DNA from: Candidatus Falkowbacteria bacterium
GTDB lineage: Bacteria; Patescibacteriota; Patescibacteriia; CAIXNZ01
Assembly (NCBI GenBank): GCA_963774955.1
Contig: CAVZGV010000003.1
Span: 320,771 to 384,770 of the forward strand
DNA length: 64,000 nt
Direction: 5' to 3'
Part shown: positions 11,207 through 20,171 of the stretch, piece after piece
How positions within the stretch are numbered: position 1 is the first letter of the stretch
How the letters are laid out: the number at the start of each line of letters is the position of its first letter
Made by a program: the position numbers and the translations under genes
Notes under the pieces: model-generated
What the model was told of the DNA's origin: nothing
Database searches by the model: none
The model's input: only the letters and a program-made list of their open reading frames with translations

Positions 11207-11695
11207 ATGAGAAATAAAACTCAGGAATCAAATTTGGAAACTGCTGATTTTGCCGCCGGTTGTTTTTGGGGCGTGCAGTCAACTTTTGATAAATTAGCCG
11301 GAGTCAAAGAAACAACAGTCGGTTATGAAGGCGGACAAGTGGCTAATCCGACCTATGAACAGGTCAGTGATCACCAAACTGGTCATGCTGAGACAATCCG
11401 CATTAAGTATGATCCGAATATCATTTCATATACAACCTTGCTGGATACCTTTTGGAAAATACATAATCCGACAACCAAAGACCGTCAGGGACTCAATGTC
11501 GGTTCTAATTACCGTTCGGCTATTTTTTATCACAATCAAAAACAAAAAGAACTGGCGGAAAGAGCCAGGGAAGATTTATTAAAAAGAGGTGTTTATAAAA
11601 AAATTGTTACTGAGATTGCACCGGCTTCAGAGTTTTGGCCGGCTGAGGAATATCATCAGAAATATTATTTAAAAAATAAGGGTTTAGTTTGTTAA
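11207..11695 (+). CDS. msrA: Peptide-methionine (S)-S-oxide reductase
   Basis: AGCFWGV, TGHAET, AEEYHQKY. Confidence 0.95.
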   Translation: MRNKTQESNLETADFAAGCFWGVQSTFDKLAGVKETTVGYEGGQVANPTYEQVSDHQTGHAETIRIKYDPNIISYTTLLDTFWKIHNPTTKDRQGLNVGSNYRSAIFYHNQKQKELAERAREDLLKRGVYKKIVTEIAPASEFWPAEEYHQKYYLKNKGLVC

Positions 11696-11697
11696 TT

Positions 11698-12138
11698 ATG
11701 AACAGAATTATAAATATGAAACGCGACGTCTCAATTTTAATTCCTTATAAAAAAGAAAATGGTGAGGTTTTGGTTTTCCTGGAACGCCGTTCCAAAACAG
11801 CCGAGCGGATTCCTGATTGGTTTGGTTTTTGGGGCGGGGGAATTGAAGCAGGAGAATCCTCGGAACAGGCTTTATTGCGTGAAATAAAAGAAGAATTGGA
11901 TTTTAAACCGGTCGGTTATCAACATTTTAAAGATTTTGAATTCGGGGTTTTAAAAAGCATTAAACATCTTTATATCTTAGAGGTTGACAAAAGTTTTGAA
12001 TCTAAGATAAAGTACAATGAAGCTCAATACGGACAGTGGTTTAATCAGCAACAAATTGAAACTGAAAAATTACTGATTGAAGACGACAAGATCGTTTTGA
12101 GAGAGTTCTTTAACTCGTTAAAAGGAGAAAATATATGA
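11698..12138 (+). CDS. NUDIX hydrolase
   Basis: GGGIEAGESSEQALLREIKEEL Nudix box. Confidence 0.9.
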   Translation: MNRIINMKRDVSILIPYKKENGEVLVFLERRSKTAERIPDWFGFWGGGIEAGESSEQALLREIKEELDFKPVGYQHFKDFEFGVLKSIKHLYILEVDKSFESKIKYNEAQYGQWFNQQQIETEKLLIEDDKIVLREFFNSLKGENI

Positions 12139-12713
12139 AAACAATCTTGCCCATTATTTTGGGTTCTTCATCCCAGTGGCGGCAGGGGATTATGCGTCAG
12201 TTGGGTGTTCCTTTTACTGTCATGACTGCTGATATTGATGAAAAGGCAATCCGTCATGATATTCCCGAAGAAATGGTGGTTTTGATTGCTAAAGCTAAGG
12301 CTGCAGCGATTTTACCCAAAATTTCTGAACCTTCAATTCTGATCACGGCTGATCAGGTGGTACGCTGTAACGACGAAATCAGGGAAAAGCCGGTTGACGA
12401 GAAACAGGCCAGGCAATTTCTGGAAAGTTATAGTCGCTATCCGGCCGAAACCATCAGCAGTATCGTGGTCATCAATACCGGGTCCGGTAAGATGGCTGAA
12501 GGTGTTGATCTGGCCAAGATATTTTACAAACCGATACCGATTGAAGTCGTTGATGCTTTAATCGCCAAAGGTGATGTTTTCAAGGCAGCCGGTGGATTTA
12601 TTCATGAAGATCCTTTGATCAGTCCCTATGTTGATCACCTTGAAGGGACAGATGACAGCATTGACGGTTTACCGATTGCGCTGTTAGAAAAATTAATTGC
12701 CGAAGTTAGTTAA
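12135..12713 (+). CDS. Maf family nucleoside triphosphate pyrophosphatase
   Basis: ILGSSSQWR, DIDEKAIR, ITADQVV, EKP, KAAGG, IDGLP. Confidence 0.9.
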   Translation: MKTILPIILGSSSQWRQGIMRQLGVPFTVMTADIDEKAIRHDIPEEMVVLIAKAKAAAILPKISEPSILITADQVVRCNDEIREKPVDEKQARQFLESYSRYPAETISSIVVINTGSGKMAEGVDLAKIFYKPIPIEVVDALIAKGDVFKAAGGFIHEDPLISPYVDHLEGTDDSIDGLPIALLEKLIAEVS

Positions 12714-12720
12714 AAAAATA

Positions 12721-12747
12721 AGTCCTCCCGCTACGTGGGAGGGCTTT
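12721..12747. terminator. Probably bidirectional terminator between maf and the minus-strand cassette
   Basis: agtcctccc-gctacgt-gggagggct hairpin with A-run before and T-run after. Confidence 0.6.
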
Positions 12748-12760
12748 ATATTTGTGCCCG

Positions 12761-13039
12761 TTAAATAATGATTTCATAACTGATTTTTTGGCCTGGTTCT
12801 TGAGGCAGAGCTGTCATCAAAATACCTTGGATTTCTTCAGTGGCAATTTTTTTATCCTCCCAGGTATAGGTGATTCGAACAGCTTGATCTGTATGTGTTT
12901 GAACCAGGATCCACGGCTCAATACGGCACGATGGTTGTGATTGATCAATGATCGTTAAGTTGTGAATCATTGCAAAGTCATATAGATGTTTCATCTTTTG
13001 GACACAACTTTTTCCACGGGTATGTACACAGTCTTCCAT
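12761..13039 (-). CDS. Hypothetical protein (cassette 1)
   Basis: SD AGGAGGG upstream; promoter TTGCAA-17-TATACT at 13089-13061. Confidence 0.65.
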   Translation of the reverse strand: MEDCVHTRGKSCVQKMKHLYDFAMIHNLTIIDQSQPSCRIEPWILVQTHTDQAVRITYTWEDKKIATEEIQGILMTALPQEPGQKISYEIII

Positions 13040-13095
13040 TATTTTTCCCTCCTGAAGATGAGTATAAATAAATTTATGAATTTTTGCAAATAAAT

Positions 13096-13122
13096 AAGCC
13101 CCACCGCGTAGCGGGGGGCTTT
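13096..13122 (-). terminator. Intrinsic terminator of cassette 2
   Basis: aagccccaccgc-gta-gcggggggctt hairpin. Confidence 0.6.
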
Positions 13123-13132
13123 AAGTTTGTAA

Positions 13133-13585
13133 TCAGGGTTTTTTTCTGAATATCGTGAGCTTGGCTCTGACCTCATCGCAGCCTTGTTCGCGATCGTAGT
13201 CAGGGAAGATCCCGATCTGATCCGGGGGAACACCGGGGAACTGGCGTTTGATCATTTCCAGCAGATCCTCCATGTCAATTTCGAAAGGGACATAGATCTC
13301 TTTGACTTCGTTGACTTTCTCGGAGGAGAGTTTGGACTCGGCTTCCTGTCGGCGTTGGATCCAGTCTTCCTGGGGAATGTTGTGGTTGTCCTCGGTGAAG
13401 GAATCGTTTTCCGCGTCGAAACGGAAGTAGCCGCAGATGCAGGTGTATTCGGTCGGACCGTCTTTCAGGTCAAACTCGATGTCAAATTCCTTGCCGCACA
13501 TGGGGCATTTGCCCGCAATGCGCTTGGTGTGGCTCTGGATTTCCACGTATCCGACTTCACCGATTTGGTAGCTATTGTAGCCCAT
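13133..13585 (-). CDS. Zn-ribbon hypothetical protein
   Basis: CPMCG...CICG; SD AAGGAG upstream. Confidence 0.7.
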   Translation of the reverse strand: MGYNSYQIGEVGYVEIQSHTKRIAGKCPMCGKEFDIEFDLKDGPTEYTCICGYFRFDAENDSFTEDNHNIPQEDWIQRRQEAESKLSSEKVNEVKEIYVPFEIDMEDLLEMIKRQFPGVPPDQIGIFPDYDREQGCDEVRAKLTIFRKKP

Positions 13586-13597
13586 GATTTTCTCCTT

Positions 13598-14323
13598 TTA
13601 GATCTGGATCTGGAATTTCTTGGTTTTGCTTTGCCAGGGCATCTTGATCATGGGGATACCGGGAATTTCGCGGTTGGAGTAAAAGCAACCGTCAACCCCA
13701 TGGAAAATCGAAGCCTTGGCGCCGTCATGTTCGGGCACGTGCACCAGCATGTAGTGCTCATCTGGAAACTCTTTGGGATCGCTGGTAATAAAGACGATGT
13801 CCAGATTGAATGTACTGGCCAAGGTCCGCAGTTCTTCAGCATTGGATGGCTTGACCTGGTCATCTTTGCCCAGATAGATCCTTACTGCCACATTGGGCCA
13901 GGATCTGATCATCTGGCAGGGAAGTCCGGGGATCATGGCAGTTGACCAGAATTCTCCGTACTCGTTCAAGATGATGCGGGCAGTGTCGGAATTCGGCAGT
14001 TTGACGATAATACTGGGAATGCCTCCCCAGACAGCAGCCGGGTCTTCGGAGCAGATTGTCAATCCCGCCAATTCAGCCAGCGCCACCAGCTCCTCCAAGA
14101 GAGGAATGATCCTTTTCTTTTTGGGTTGGTTGTTGCTAACGCAGTATTCGCGTTTTTTTTTGGCTTCATTCAGGAAACAGGAAATGGCCCAGCCAATGGA
14201 GCTCCACTGATCCCAGTGCCTGTAAGCACCGTCCCAGTCACGAAATCCCTCAGGCAGGTCGGCACCATTTAGCCATTCGGCTAGGGTTAAATCGTTTCGC
14301 TTGGTATGGTCAACTTTTGGCAT
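13598..14323 (-). CDS. Hypothetical protein with internal tandem duplication
   Basis: SD AAGGAG; two related segments ending GEFWSTAMIPGLP and GCFYSNREIPGIP. Confidence 0.7.
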   Translation of the reverse strand: MPKVDHTKRNDLTLAEWLNGADLPEGFRDWDGAYRHWDQWSSIGWAISCFLNEAKKKREYCVSNNQPKKKRIIPLLEELVALAELAGLTICSEDPAAVWGGIPSIIVKLPNSDTARIILNEYGEFWSTAMIPGLPCQMIRSWPNVAVRIYLGKDDQVKPSNAEELRTLASTFNLDIVFITSDPKEFPDEHYMLVHVPEHDGAKASIFHGVDGCFYSNREIPGIPMIKMPWQSKTKKFQIQI

Positions 14324-14373
14324 GTCTTTCTCCTTTTCAAAATAAAAATAAATTCAATTTTAAGGAACTTTTA

Positions 14374-14402
14374 ATTTTAGCACATTTTAGTGGTTTTGTC
14401 AA
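14374..14402 (-). promoter_or_regulatory. sigma70 promoter of cassette 2
   Basis: TTGACA-17-TAAAAT with TG extension. Confidence 0.75.
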
Positions 14403-14409
14403 CACGTTC

Positions 14410-14526
14410 GCCAAAAAGAAAAGGGAGCTCCGTTATGGGAGCTCCCTTGGTGTTAAGGCAAATAGATAGGGCTGTAGATCGGCGTGTAGTTTTGATTGGC
14501 CACGCTGAGCGTCAGTCCCTTGATAT
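14410..14526. repeat. Direct repeat, copy 1 (terminator plus gene 3' end); copy 2 at 15145-15261
   Basis: Near-identical gccaaaaagaaaagggagctcc...gagctcccttgg...aaggcaaatagat.gggctgtagatcggcgtgtagttttgattgg...gtcccttg. Confidence 0.9.
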
Positions 14527-14548
14527 TAGGCTCAGACTTGGAGACCAT
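14453..14548 (-). CDS. 31-aa ORF or remnant matching the C-terminus of the 15188-16015 lipoprotein
   Basis: MVSKSEPNIKGLTLSVANQNYTPIYSPIYLP; ATG overlaps the upstream TAA (TAATG). Confidence 0.4.
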   Translation of the reverse strand: MVSKSEPNIKGLTLSVANQNYTPIYSPIYLP

Positions 14549-15021
14549 TAATCAAGTGGCTGGGTCATTAGCTTTATTTGCATAACCTGCCTGAGCTTTT
14601 TCATTAAACGCTCAAGTGCTTCTTTTTTGAAAGGATCAATGTCTGAATCGTCCAGCTCAACATTATCTACTTCGTCTTTCTCGTCTATCAACCCGATTTC
14701 AACTGACAGAAAAGTGATTGCTAAGATTCTGGTTAAAGTTTTAAAATTTATATCCAGAATTTCCATAATTCGAATGAAATTGGCTGTTTCGTCCAGAAAA
14801 TCATCAGCCTGAAGATCAACTTCTTCTTTTAATAATTTATCTGCGAAATTTTGGGTCATACCCAGAATTTCAATCATTTTTTCTCTTGATGTTTGGACTT
14901 CTCCCATTAGTAAGAAAAAAATATATGGCAGATCGTAGCCGCAATCGTCAATCCAGTGTTTAGCTTCTTTTCTGGTTAATCCTCGCATCAATTCAATATT
15001 ATTCTCTAAGGCTATGGACAT
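14548..15021 (-). CDS. Hypothetical acidic protein (cassette 3)
   Basis: SD GGAGG; promoter TTGACA-17-TATTAT at 15137-15109. Confidence 0.7.
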   Translation of the reverse strand: MSIALENNIELMRGLTRKEAKHWIDDCGYDLPYIFFLLMGEVQTSREKMIEILGMTQNFADKLLKEEVDLQADDFLDETANFIRIMEILDINFKTLTRILAITFLSVEIGLIDEKDEVDNVELDDSDIDPFKKEALERLMKKLRQVMQIKLMTQPLD

Positions 15022-15155
15022 GTCAATTCCTCCATTAGGTTATGTTGTACCAATGAACTAAGCCCTTTATGAAATAACTTGGCAGAATTTTTTTAAAAAA
15101 CTATCTTTATAATATTAGATGTTTAATTATTTGTCAATATGTTAGCCAAAAAGAA

Positions 15156-15183
15156 AAGGGAGCTCCGTGTGGGGAGCTCCCTT
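15156..15183 (-). terminator. Intrinsic terminator of cassette 4 (duplicate at 14421-14448)
   Basis: aagggagctcc-loop-ggagctccctt with T-tail on the minus strand. Confidence 0.75.
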
Positions 15184-15187
15184 GGTT

Positions 15188-16015
15188 TTAAGGCAAATAG
15201 ATTGGGCTGTAGATCGGCGTGTAGTTTTGATTGGTCACGCTAAGAGTTAGTCCCTTGGTATCACTGGTTTTCCAGTGGTTCAGGTTGAGCGGATCAAACG
15301 CTGTTACCCGGATGGCCAGTGGTTGGTTGTCCGGAAAATCGTAGTCCAGGAAGGCGATGTCCTCGTAGTTTTGCAGGGCGATCCAGAAAGTACAGAGCTG
15401 GAAGCTGGCTTCATAGCCGCCGCCATTCCTGAGTTTCAGAGCGTAAACCTCAACTCGGATCGGATCCGAAGACAGGTTTTCGCAGTAAAACGAGTTGTTG
15501 CTCTGGTCCAGCGGATTGTTTTCCGCATAACGGCCGTCAAACTGACAAGCCGCGCCATTGATGATGCCCACCGGAATCTGATAAGTGTTTCTGGTGCTGG
15601 TGTTGATGATTTCAAACTCACCCTCGACGACCATGCCCTGTCCTTGGAAATCCGGTTCGGTGCCGTGGACATTGGCATAGTAGACTGAAACAATGCCCCG
15701 CCAGATTTTGAATTCCAGCATATCGCCTTCTTCCAGGTCGCGCGAATAGACACTGTTGGTGTTATAAGGCAGGGTGATCAGCTCACGGACAAGGTAGGTG
15801 TTGGTGGTTTTGTTGAACAGATCCACCTTGACTACCACGTCATTGTTGTTGGTGAACGAAATCAGACCGTTTTCCAGGGTGAAGTCAAAGTCGACTCCGG
15901 CCAGACTGGCGTAGGCGTAGTGGTAAGTCGGGGGAGTCCCGGGCGCTTCCTCTTTATAGGGTGCGCAGTTCAGACAGAAGAACCCGAGGCAGATGCTGAT
16001 AATAAGTTGCTTCAT
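15188..16015 (-). CDS. Putative lipoprotein
   Basis: Likely start MKQLIISICLGFFCLNC (signal with lipobox-like Cys); SD GAGGAG. Confidence 0.7.
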   Translation of the reverse strand: MKQLIISICLGFFCLNCAPYKEEAPGTPPTYHYAYASLAGVDFDFTLENGLISFTNNNDVVVKVDLFNKTTNTYLVRELITLPYNTNSVYSRDLEEGDMLEFKIWRGIVSVYYANVHGTEPDFQGQGMVVEGEFEIINTSTRNTYQIPVGIINGAACQFDGRYAENNPLDQSNNSFYCENLSSDPIRVEVYALKLRNGGGYEASFQLCTFWIALQNYEDIAFLDYDFPDNQPLAIRVTAFDPLNLNHWKTSDTKGLTLSVTNQNYTPIYSPIYLP

Positions 16016-16025
16016 TTTCGTCTCC

Positions 16026-16502
16026 TCAGGGATCCAAGTCGTAGACTGTTCCGTTTTTGGGACAATCCACTGGCTGGTAATTGGCATCCCAGTAAGTCAC
16101 GTAGACCTCGACGTGGGAATTGATTTCCAGCCAGGTGTTGTAGGGACAGCCAGTATGCATGTAGCCGTCTTCACCTTTGATATTGACGCAGTCATTGGCA
16201 TTCCAGCCAACTCCGATGTCAACCACCTGAACATTGCCTTCGAACATGATGATCCTGGCGCCGTGGACATTGGCGTTTCTGACATAAATTTTGTTCCAGT
16301 ACCACTCGCCGTCGCCCTGGACATAGGTGGCGCCGAATTCCATGTCCACACCGCAAAAGTCGTCGATGTAGACCAGGTCGGGTTCGCCGTAGACGTTCAT
16401 GCCGGTGTCGGCTTTCTGGCCGTTGATGTTGACGCTGTCACAGCCCAGGCCAATGATTCCGCAGGCCAGAATAATACTGGCCATAACGATCATCTTTTTC
16501 AT
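16026..16502 (-). CDS. Putative lipoprotein
   Basis: MKKMIVMASIILACGIIGLGC signal with lipobox; SD AGGGAGG; promoter TTGACA-17-TATATT at 16623-16595. Confidence 0.75.
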   Translation of the reverse strand: MKKMIVMASIILACGIIGLGCDSVNINGQKADTGMNVYGEPDLVYIDDFCGVDMEFGATYVQGDGEWYWNKIYVRNANVHGARIIMFEGNVQVVDIGVGWNANDCVNIKGEDGYMHTGCPYNTWLEINSHVEVYVTYWDANYQPVDCPKNGTVYDLDP

Positions 16503-16640
16503 AAGATTATCCTCCCTTTCATTGGAAACAGTTTGGGTGTATAAGCCTAAAATTGCCTAATTTAAAGGACAAAATCTAATATCTAGTATATTCGAATATA
16601 TCATATTTTATCAAATTTGTCAAGGTTTAATATTATGCCC

Positions 16641-16669
16641 TTGATAAAAAAAGCTTTTTGTCATACAAT
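16641..16669 (+). promoter_or_regulatory. sigma70 promoter of secDF
   Basis: TTGATA-17-TACAAT. Confidence 0.55.
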
Positions 16670-16733
16670 AGCTATAAGAATTAGCCTGTTTACAGGCGAT
16701 TTTATTTTTATTTAAATTTAACCAAATATTATT

Positions 16734-18785
16734 ATGGCGCAAAAAAATCGCGGTTCATTTAATCCCAAAACCAAGCTTAGAGTTTATTTAGTTCTTATTT
16801 TAATTATTGCGGTTTTGGGCGGGTTTTTGGATTACCCAAAATTGTATGATAGCGGTGTGGATTTTTTAAATTCCAAATTAGGCCTGCAAATTGGACATTA
16901 CTATAATTTGCCTTTTCGTTTAGGTCTGGATTTACAGGGCGGCACTCAGTTGGTTTATCAGGCTAATATGGACAAAATTCCTGGCAGCGATCAGAATGAT
17001 GCAGCTGAAGGTGTCCGCGATGTTATTGAACGACGCGTTAACGCTTTTGGCGTGGCTGAGCCATTGGTTCAGACCTCCAAGGAAGGCAGTAACTTCCGAG
17101 TCCTCGTTGAATTAGCCGGGATTAAAGATGTTGATCAGGCTATCAAAATGATTGGAGAAACTCCGCTTTTGGAATTTAAAGAACAGTCAACTCAACCTCA
17201 GGAATTAACGGCTGAGCAGAAAAAAACCATGGATGAGTATAATAAAGAAGCCAAAAGCCAGGCTAAGGAAATTCTGGCTCAAGTGCTTGATAATCCCGGT
17301 AGTTTTGCTGATTTGGCCAAAGAAAAGTCAGAAGACGCAGCCACTAAAGATAATGGCGGCGATGTGGGCTTTATTTCCGAAAGCAGTGTCCATAGTGAAT
17401 TTTTCAAAACTTTAAATAATCTTGATAACGGACAGGTGGCTAAGGATCTGGTCGAAAATGCTGAGGGTTATAATATCCTCAAACGCGGTGAATATAAAGA
17501 AGAGACTAAAGTCAAAGCCAGTCATCTTTTGATCTGTTTCAAAGGCGCGGATCGCTGTGAACAGGAGACTTCCAAGGAAGATGCCCTGAAAAAGATTCAG
17601 GAATTAAAAGCTCAGGCCACGGCTGATAATTTTACCGACTTAGTTAAGGCCAATTCCACGGAACCGGGTGCTGATCAAAGCGGCGGCGATCTTGGTTATT
17701 TTGGTAAAGGGCAAATGGTTAAGCAGTTTGAGGACGCTGTTTACGCTATGAACGTAGGGGATATATCCGATGTAATCGAAACTCAGTTCGGTTATCATTT
17801 AATATATAAAGCAGACGCCAAGGCTGATCCGACTTATCAGGCTTACCGTATTTTGACAAAAAAGAAAACCGATGCTGATTATATTTCCCAGGATCAATAT
17901 AAATATACCGGACTTTCCGGCAAACATTTAAAGAAAGCCCAAGTAACTTTCAGCCCGAATACCAATGAACCTCAGGTTTCCTTGGAATTTAACGATGACG
18001 GTAAAGCTTTATTTGCGGATATTACCGGCAGAAACGTCGGTAAAATAGTGGGTATCTTCTTGGACGGTGAAGCCATCAGTTTACCGCGGGTGAATGAGAA
18101 AATCAGTGAAGGCAGTGCTGTTATTACAGGCAAATTCTCATTGGAGGAATCAAAGACACTGGCCAGACGTTTAAATGCCGGTGCCTTACCCGTACCTATT
18201 GAATTAGTTTCCCAACAAACAGTGGGCGCCAGTCTGGGTCAGGAATTTATTCAAAAGAGTTTAAATGCCGCCCTGTTAGCTTTTCTCTTGATTACCATCT
18301 TTATGGTAGTCTATTATCGCTTGCCGGGTTTGTTGTCGATTTTTGCTTTGATTATTTATACTATTATTAACGTGGTAATTTTTAAATCAATACCAGTGAC
18401 TTTAACTTTGTCAGGCATTGCCGGTTTTGTCCTGTCAGCCGGTATGGCTGTGGATGCTAATGTCTTGATTTTTGAACGTCTAAAAGAGGAATTACGGGCA
18501 GGTAAGCCTTTAGCTTCTGCGACTACAGAAGCCTTCAGAAGAGCTTGGACTTCTATTCGCGATGGTAACTTAACTACATTGTTAGCCTGTTTTTTCCTCT
18601 ATTGGTTTGGCACCAGCATGATTAAGGGCTTTGCCGTGACCTTATTTATCGGCGTGGTAATTTCCATGTTATCGGCAATTATTATAACCAGAACTTTTAT
18701 GGAGCTGGTAATCGGCTGGAAATTTGTAAATAATACTAGCTGGTTATTTTTGGGCAAAAAAAAGGATAATGACATTTTAAAATAA
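16734..18785 (+). CDS. secD: SecD with two inserted parvulin (PpiC-type) PPIase domains
   Basis: LGLDLQGG, RRVNAFGVAEP, LNAGALPVP, GMAVDANVLIFERLKEE; insert has FADLAKEKSED...GGDVG and VKASHLLI...GGDLGYF.KGQMVKQFEDAV...TQFGYHLI. Confidence 0.93.
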   Translation: MAQKNRGSFNPKTKLRVYLVLILIIAVLGGFLDYPKLYDSGVDFLNSKLGLQIGHYYNLPFRLGLDLQGGTQLVYQANMDKIPGSDQNDAAEGVRDVIERRVNAFGVAEPLVQTSKEGSNFRVLVELAGIKDVDQAIKMIGETPLLEFKEQSTQPQELTAEQKKTMDEYNKEAKSQAKEILAQVLDNPGSFADLAKEKSEDAATKDNGGDVGFISESSVHSEFFKTLNNLDNGQVAKDLVENAEGYNILKRGEYKEETKVKASHLLICFKGADRCEQETSKEDALKKIQELKAQATADNFTDLVKANSTEPGADQSGGDLGYFGKGQMVKQFEDAVYAMNVGDISDVIETQFGYHLIYKADAKADPTYQAYRILTKKKTDADYISQDQYKYTGLSGKHLKKAQVTFSPNTNEPQVSLEFNDDGKALFADITGRNVGKIVGIFLDGEAISLPRVNEKISEGSAVITGKFSLEESKTLARRLNAGALPVPIELVSQQTVGASLGQEFIQKSLNAALLAFLLITIFMVVYYRLPGLLSIFALIIYTIINVVIFKSIPVTLTLSGIAGFVLSAGMAVDANVLIFERLKEELRAGKPLASATTEAFRRAWTSIRDGNLTTLLACFFLYWFGTSMIKGFAVTLFIGVVISMLSAIIITRTFMELVIGWKFVNNTSWLFLGKKKDNDILK

Positions 18786-18877
18786 ACTAATAAATAATTA
18801 TCACGAATGTCACTAATAGCCATAAAAATCCGCGCGATTAGTGAGTATAAATTCGTGGTTCAGCTAACATATATATT

Positions 18878-19882
18878 ATGAATATCATTAAACTACGAAA
18901 ATTTTTCTTGCCCTTTTCCGGGACTTTGACGGTTATCAGTATCTTGTTATTGATAATGTGGGGTTTGAATCTGGGCATTGATTTTACCGGCGGCAGCTTA
19001 TTGGAAATTGAATATCTGAACGATAAACCACTGGTCACTGATTTGCAGGGGAAGTTGGCGCCTTTAGAGCTTAAAGGCTTAAAGATCCAAGAAATCGGCA
19101 CCAATGGTTATATTTTAAGATTCCAGCAAACTGGCGAAGACGTTCATCAATCAATTTTAGACACATTGCATGATCGGGCAGTTTTAGCTGCAGACGTCAA
19201 TAATGATTCTGGCCTTAAAGTTGAAAGTGTTGCGGGCGATGCCAATATCGAAGTTAGCGGCAGTAATTCTGATTCTGCGCAAACAGCTAATATAATAGAA
19301 AAACGTTATAATTCCATTGGTCCGGCTATTGGCGCGGAACTTAAAACTAAGGCTTTTTATGCTATTATTTTAGTGGTCTTAGCTATTATTATATATATTG
19401 CCATTGCTTTTCGTAAGGTCTCATATCCAGTAAACTCCTGGAAATATGGCGTGGCTGCGGTGCTGGCTTTAGTCCATGATATTTTCGTAACTGTCGGTAT
19501 TTTCGTGATTTTAGGTAGATACTTCGGCTTTGAAATTAATACTCCTTTTGTGGCGGCTTTGCTGACAATTTTGGGTTATTCAGTTAATGATACAATCGTG
19601 GTTTTTGACCGGGTTAGAGAAAATCTTCATAAATATGAGGGTGAATTTGAAGAGATTGTAGAAAAGAGTATTTGGGAGACCATGGCTCGTTCTATTAACA
19701 CCATAGTGACCGTTGAATTGGCTTTATTAGCTTTATTGATCTTTGGCGGTGGTGTCATTAATGATTTTGTTTTACCTCTTTTAATTGGTATTTTCTTTGG
19801 TGCCTATTCTTCAATCTTTATAGCTTCGCCGATTGTGGTTGTTTGGCAAAAATTGGATTGGGCAATGAAGAAAGAGAGCTAG
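18878..19882 (+). CDS. secF: Protein translocase subunit SecF
   Basis: LGIDFTGGS, ALVHD, GYSVNDTIVVFDRVRE, GAYSSIFIASP. Confidence 0.95.
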   Translation: MNIIKLRKFFLPFSGTLTVISILLLIMWGLNLGIDFTGGSLLEIEYLNDKPLVTDLQGKLAPLELKGLKIQEIGTNGYILRFQQTGEDVHQSILDTLHDRAVLAADVNNDSGLKVESVAGDANIEVSGSNSDSAQTANIIEKRYNSIGPAIGAELKTKAFYAIILVVLAIIIYIAIAFRKVSYPVNSWKYGVAAVLALVHDIFVTVGIFVILGRYFGFEINTPFVAALLTILGYSVNDTIVVFDRVRENLHKYEGEFEEIVEKSIWETMARSINTIVTVELALLALLIFGGGVINDFVLPLLIGIFFGAYSSIFIASPIVVVWQKLDWAMKKES

Positions 19883-19948
19883 AAATTGGGGCTTGGAAGT
19901 CTGGGCATAATTCGTGGAAATTGTTTATAGATATTGCTAAAATTAGAT

Positions 19949-19990
19949 AAAATAAAAGCTTCTCCGCTTAACGAAGAAGCTTTTATTTTT
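19949..19990 (+). terminator. Terminator after secF
   Basis: aaaataaaagcttct...agaagcttttatttt. Confidence 0.65.
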
Positions 19991-20018
19991 AGGTTTAATT
20001 TTGTGGCAGGTAAGATAC

Positions 20019-20094
20019 TTGCATAAATGTAAACATTGGGATATAATACATCTGCCTATAAACTCTTGACATATATTTTGAGATATGTTATACT
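20019..20094 (+). promoter_or_regulatory. Tandem sigma70 promoters
   Basis: TTGCAT-17-TATAAT (20019-20047) and TTGACA-17-TATACT (20066-20094). Confidence 0.7.
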
Positions 20095-20171
20095 ATAGAA
20101 TAATTAAAATAGGGTTTAAATGCGCTAATATTTGCATTTAATTTATTTATAAATTACTAACACCTACTAAT

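Noticed and set aside
14410-15261. DGR template/variable repeat pair
   Set aside because: Mismatches are not adenine-specific on either strand, are mostly synonymous, and no reverse transcriptase is present.
13184-16544. Long plus-strand ORFs (13184-13945, 15275-15688, 15993-16544)
   Set aside because: Antisense shadows of GC-rich minus-strand genes that have SDs, promoters and terminators.
12721-16623. Classical integron or prophage
   Set aside because: No integrase, attC-type sites or phage structural genes; cassettes carry their own promoters.
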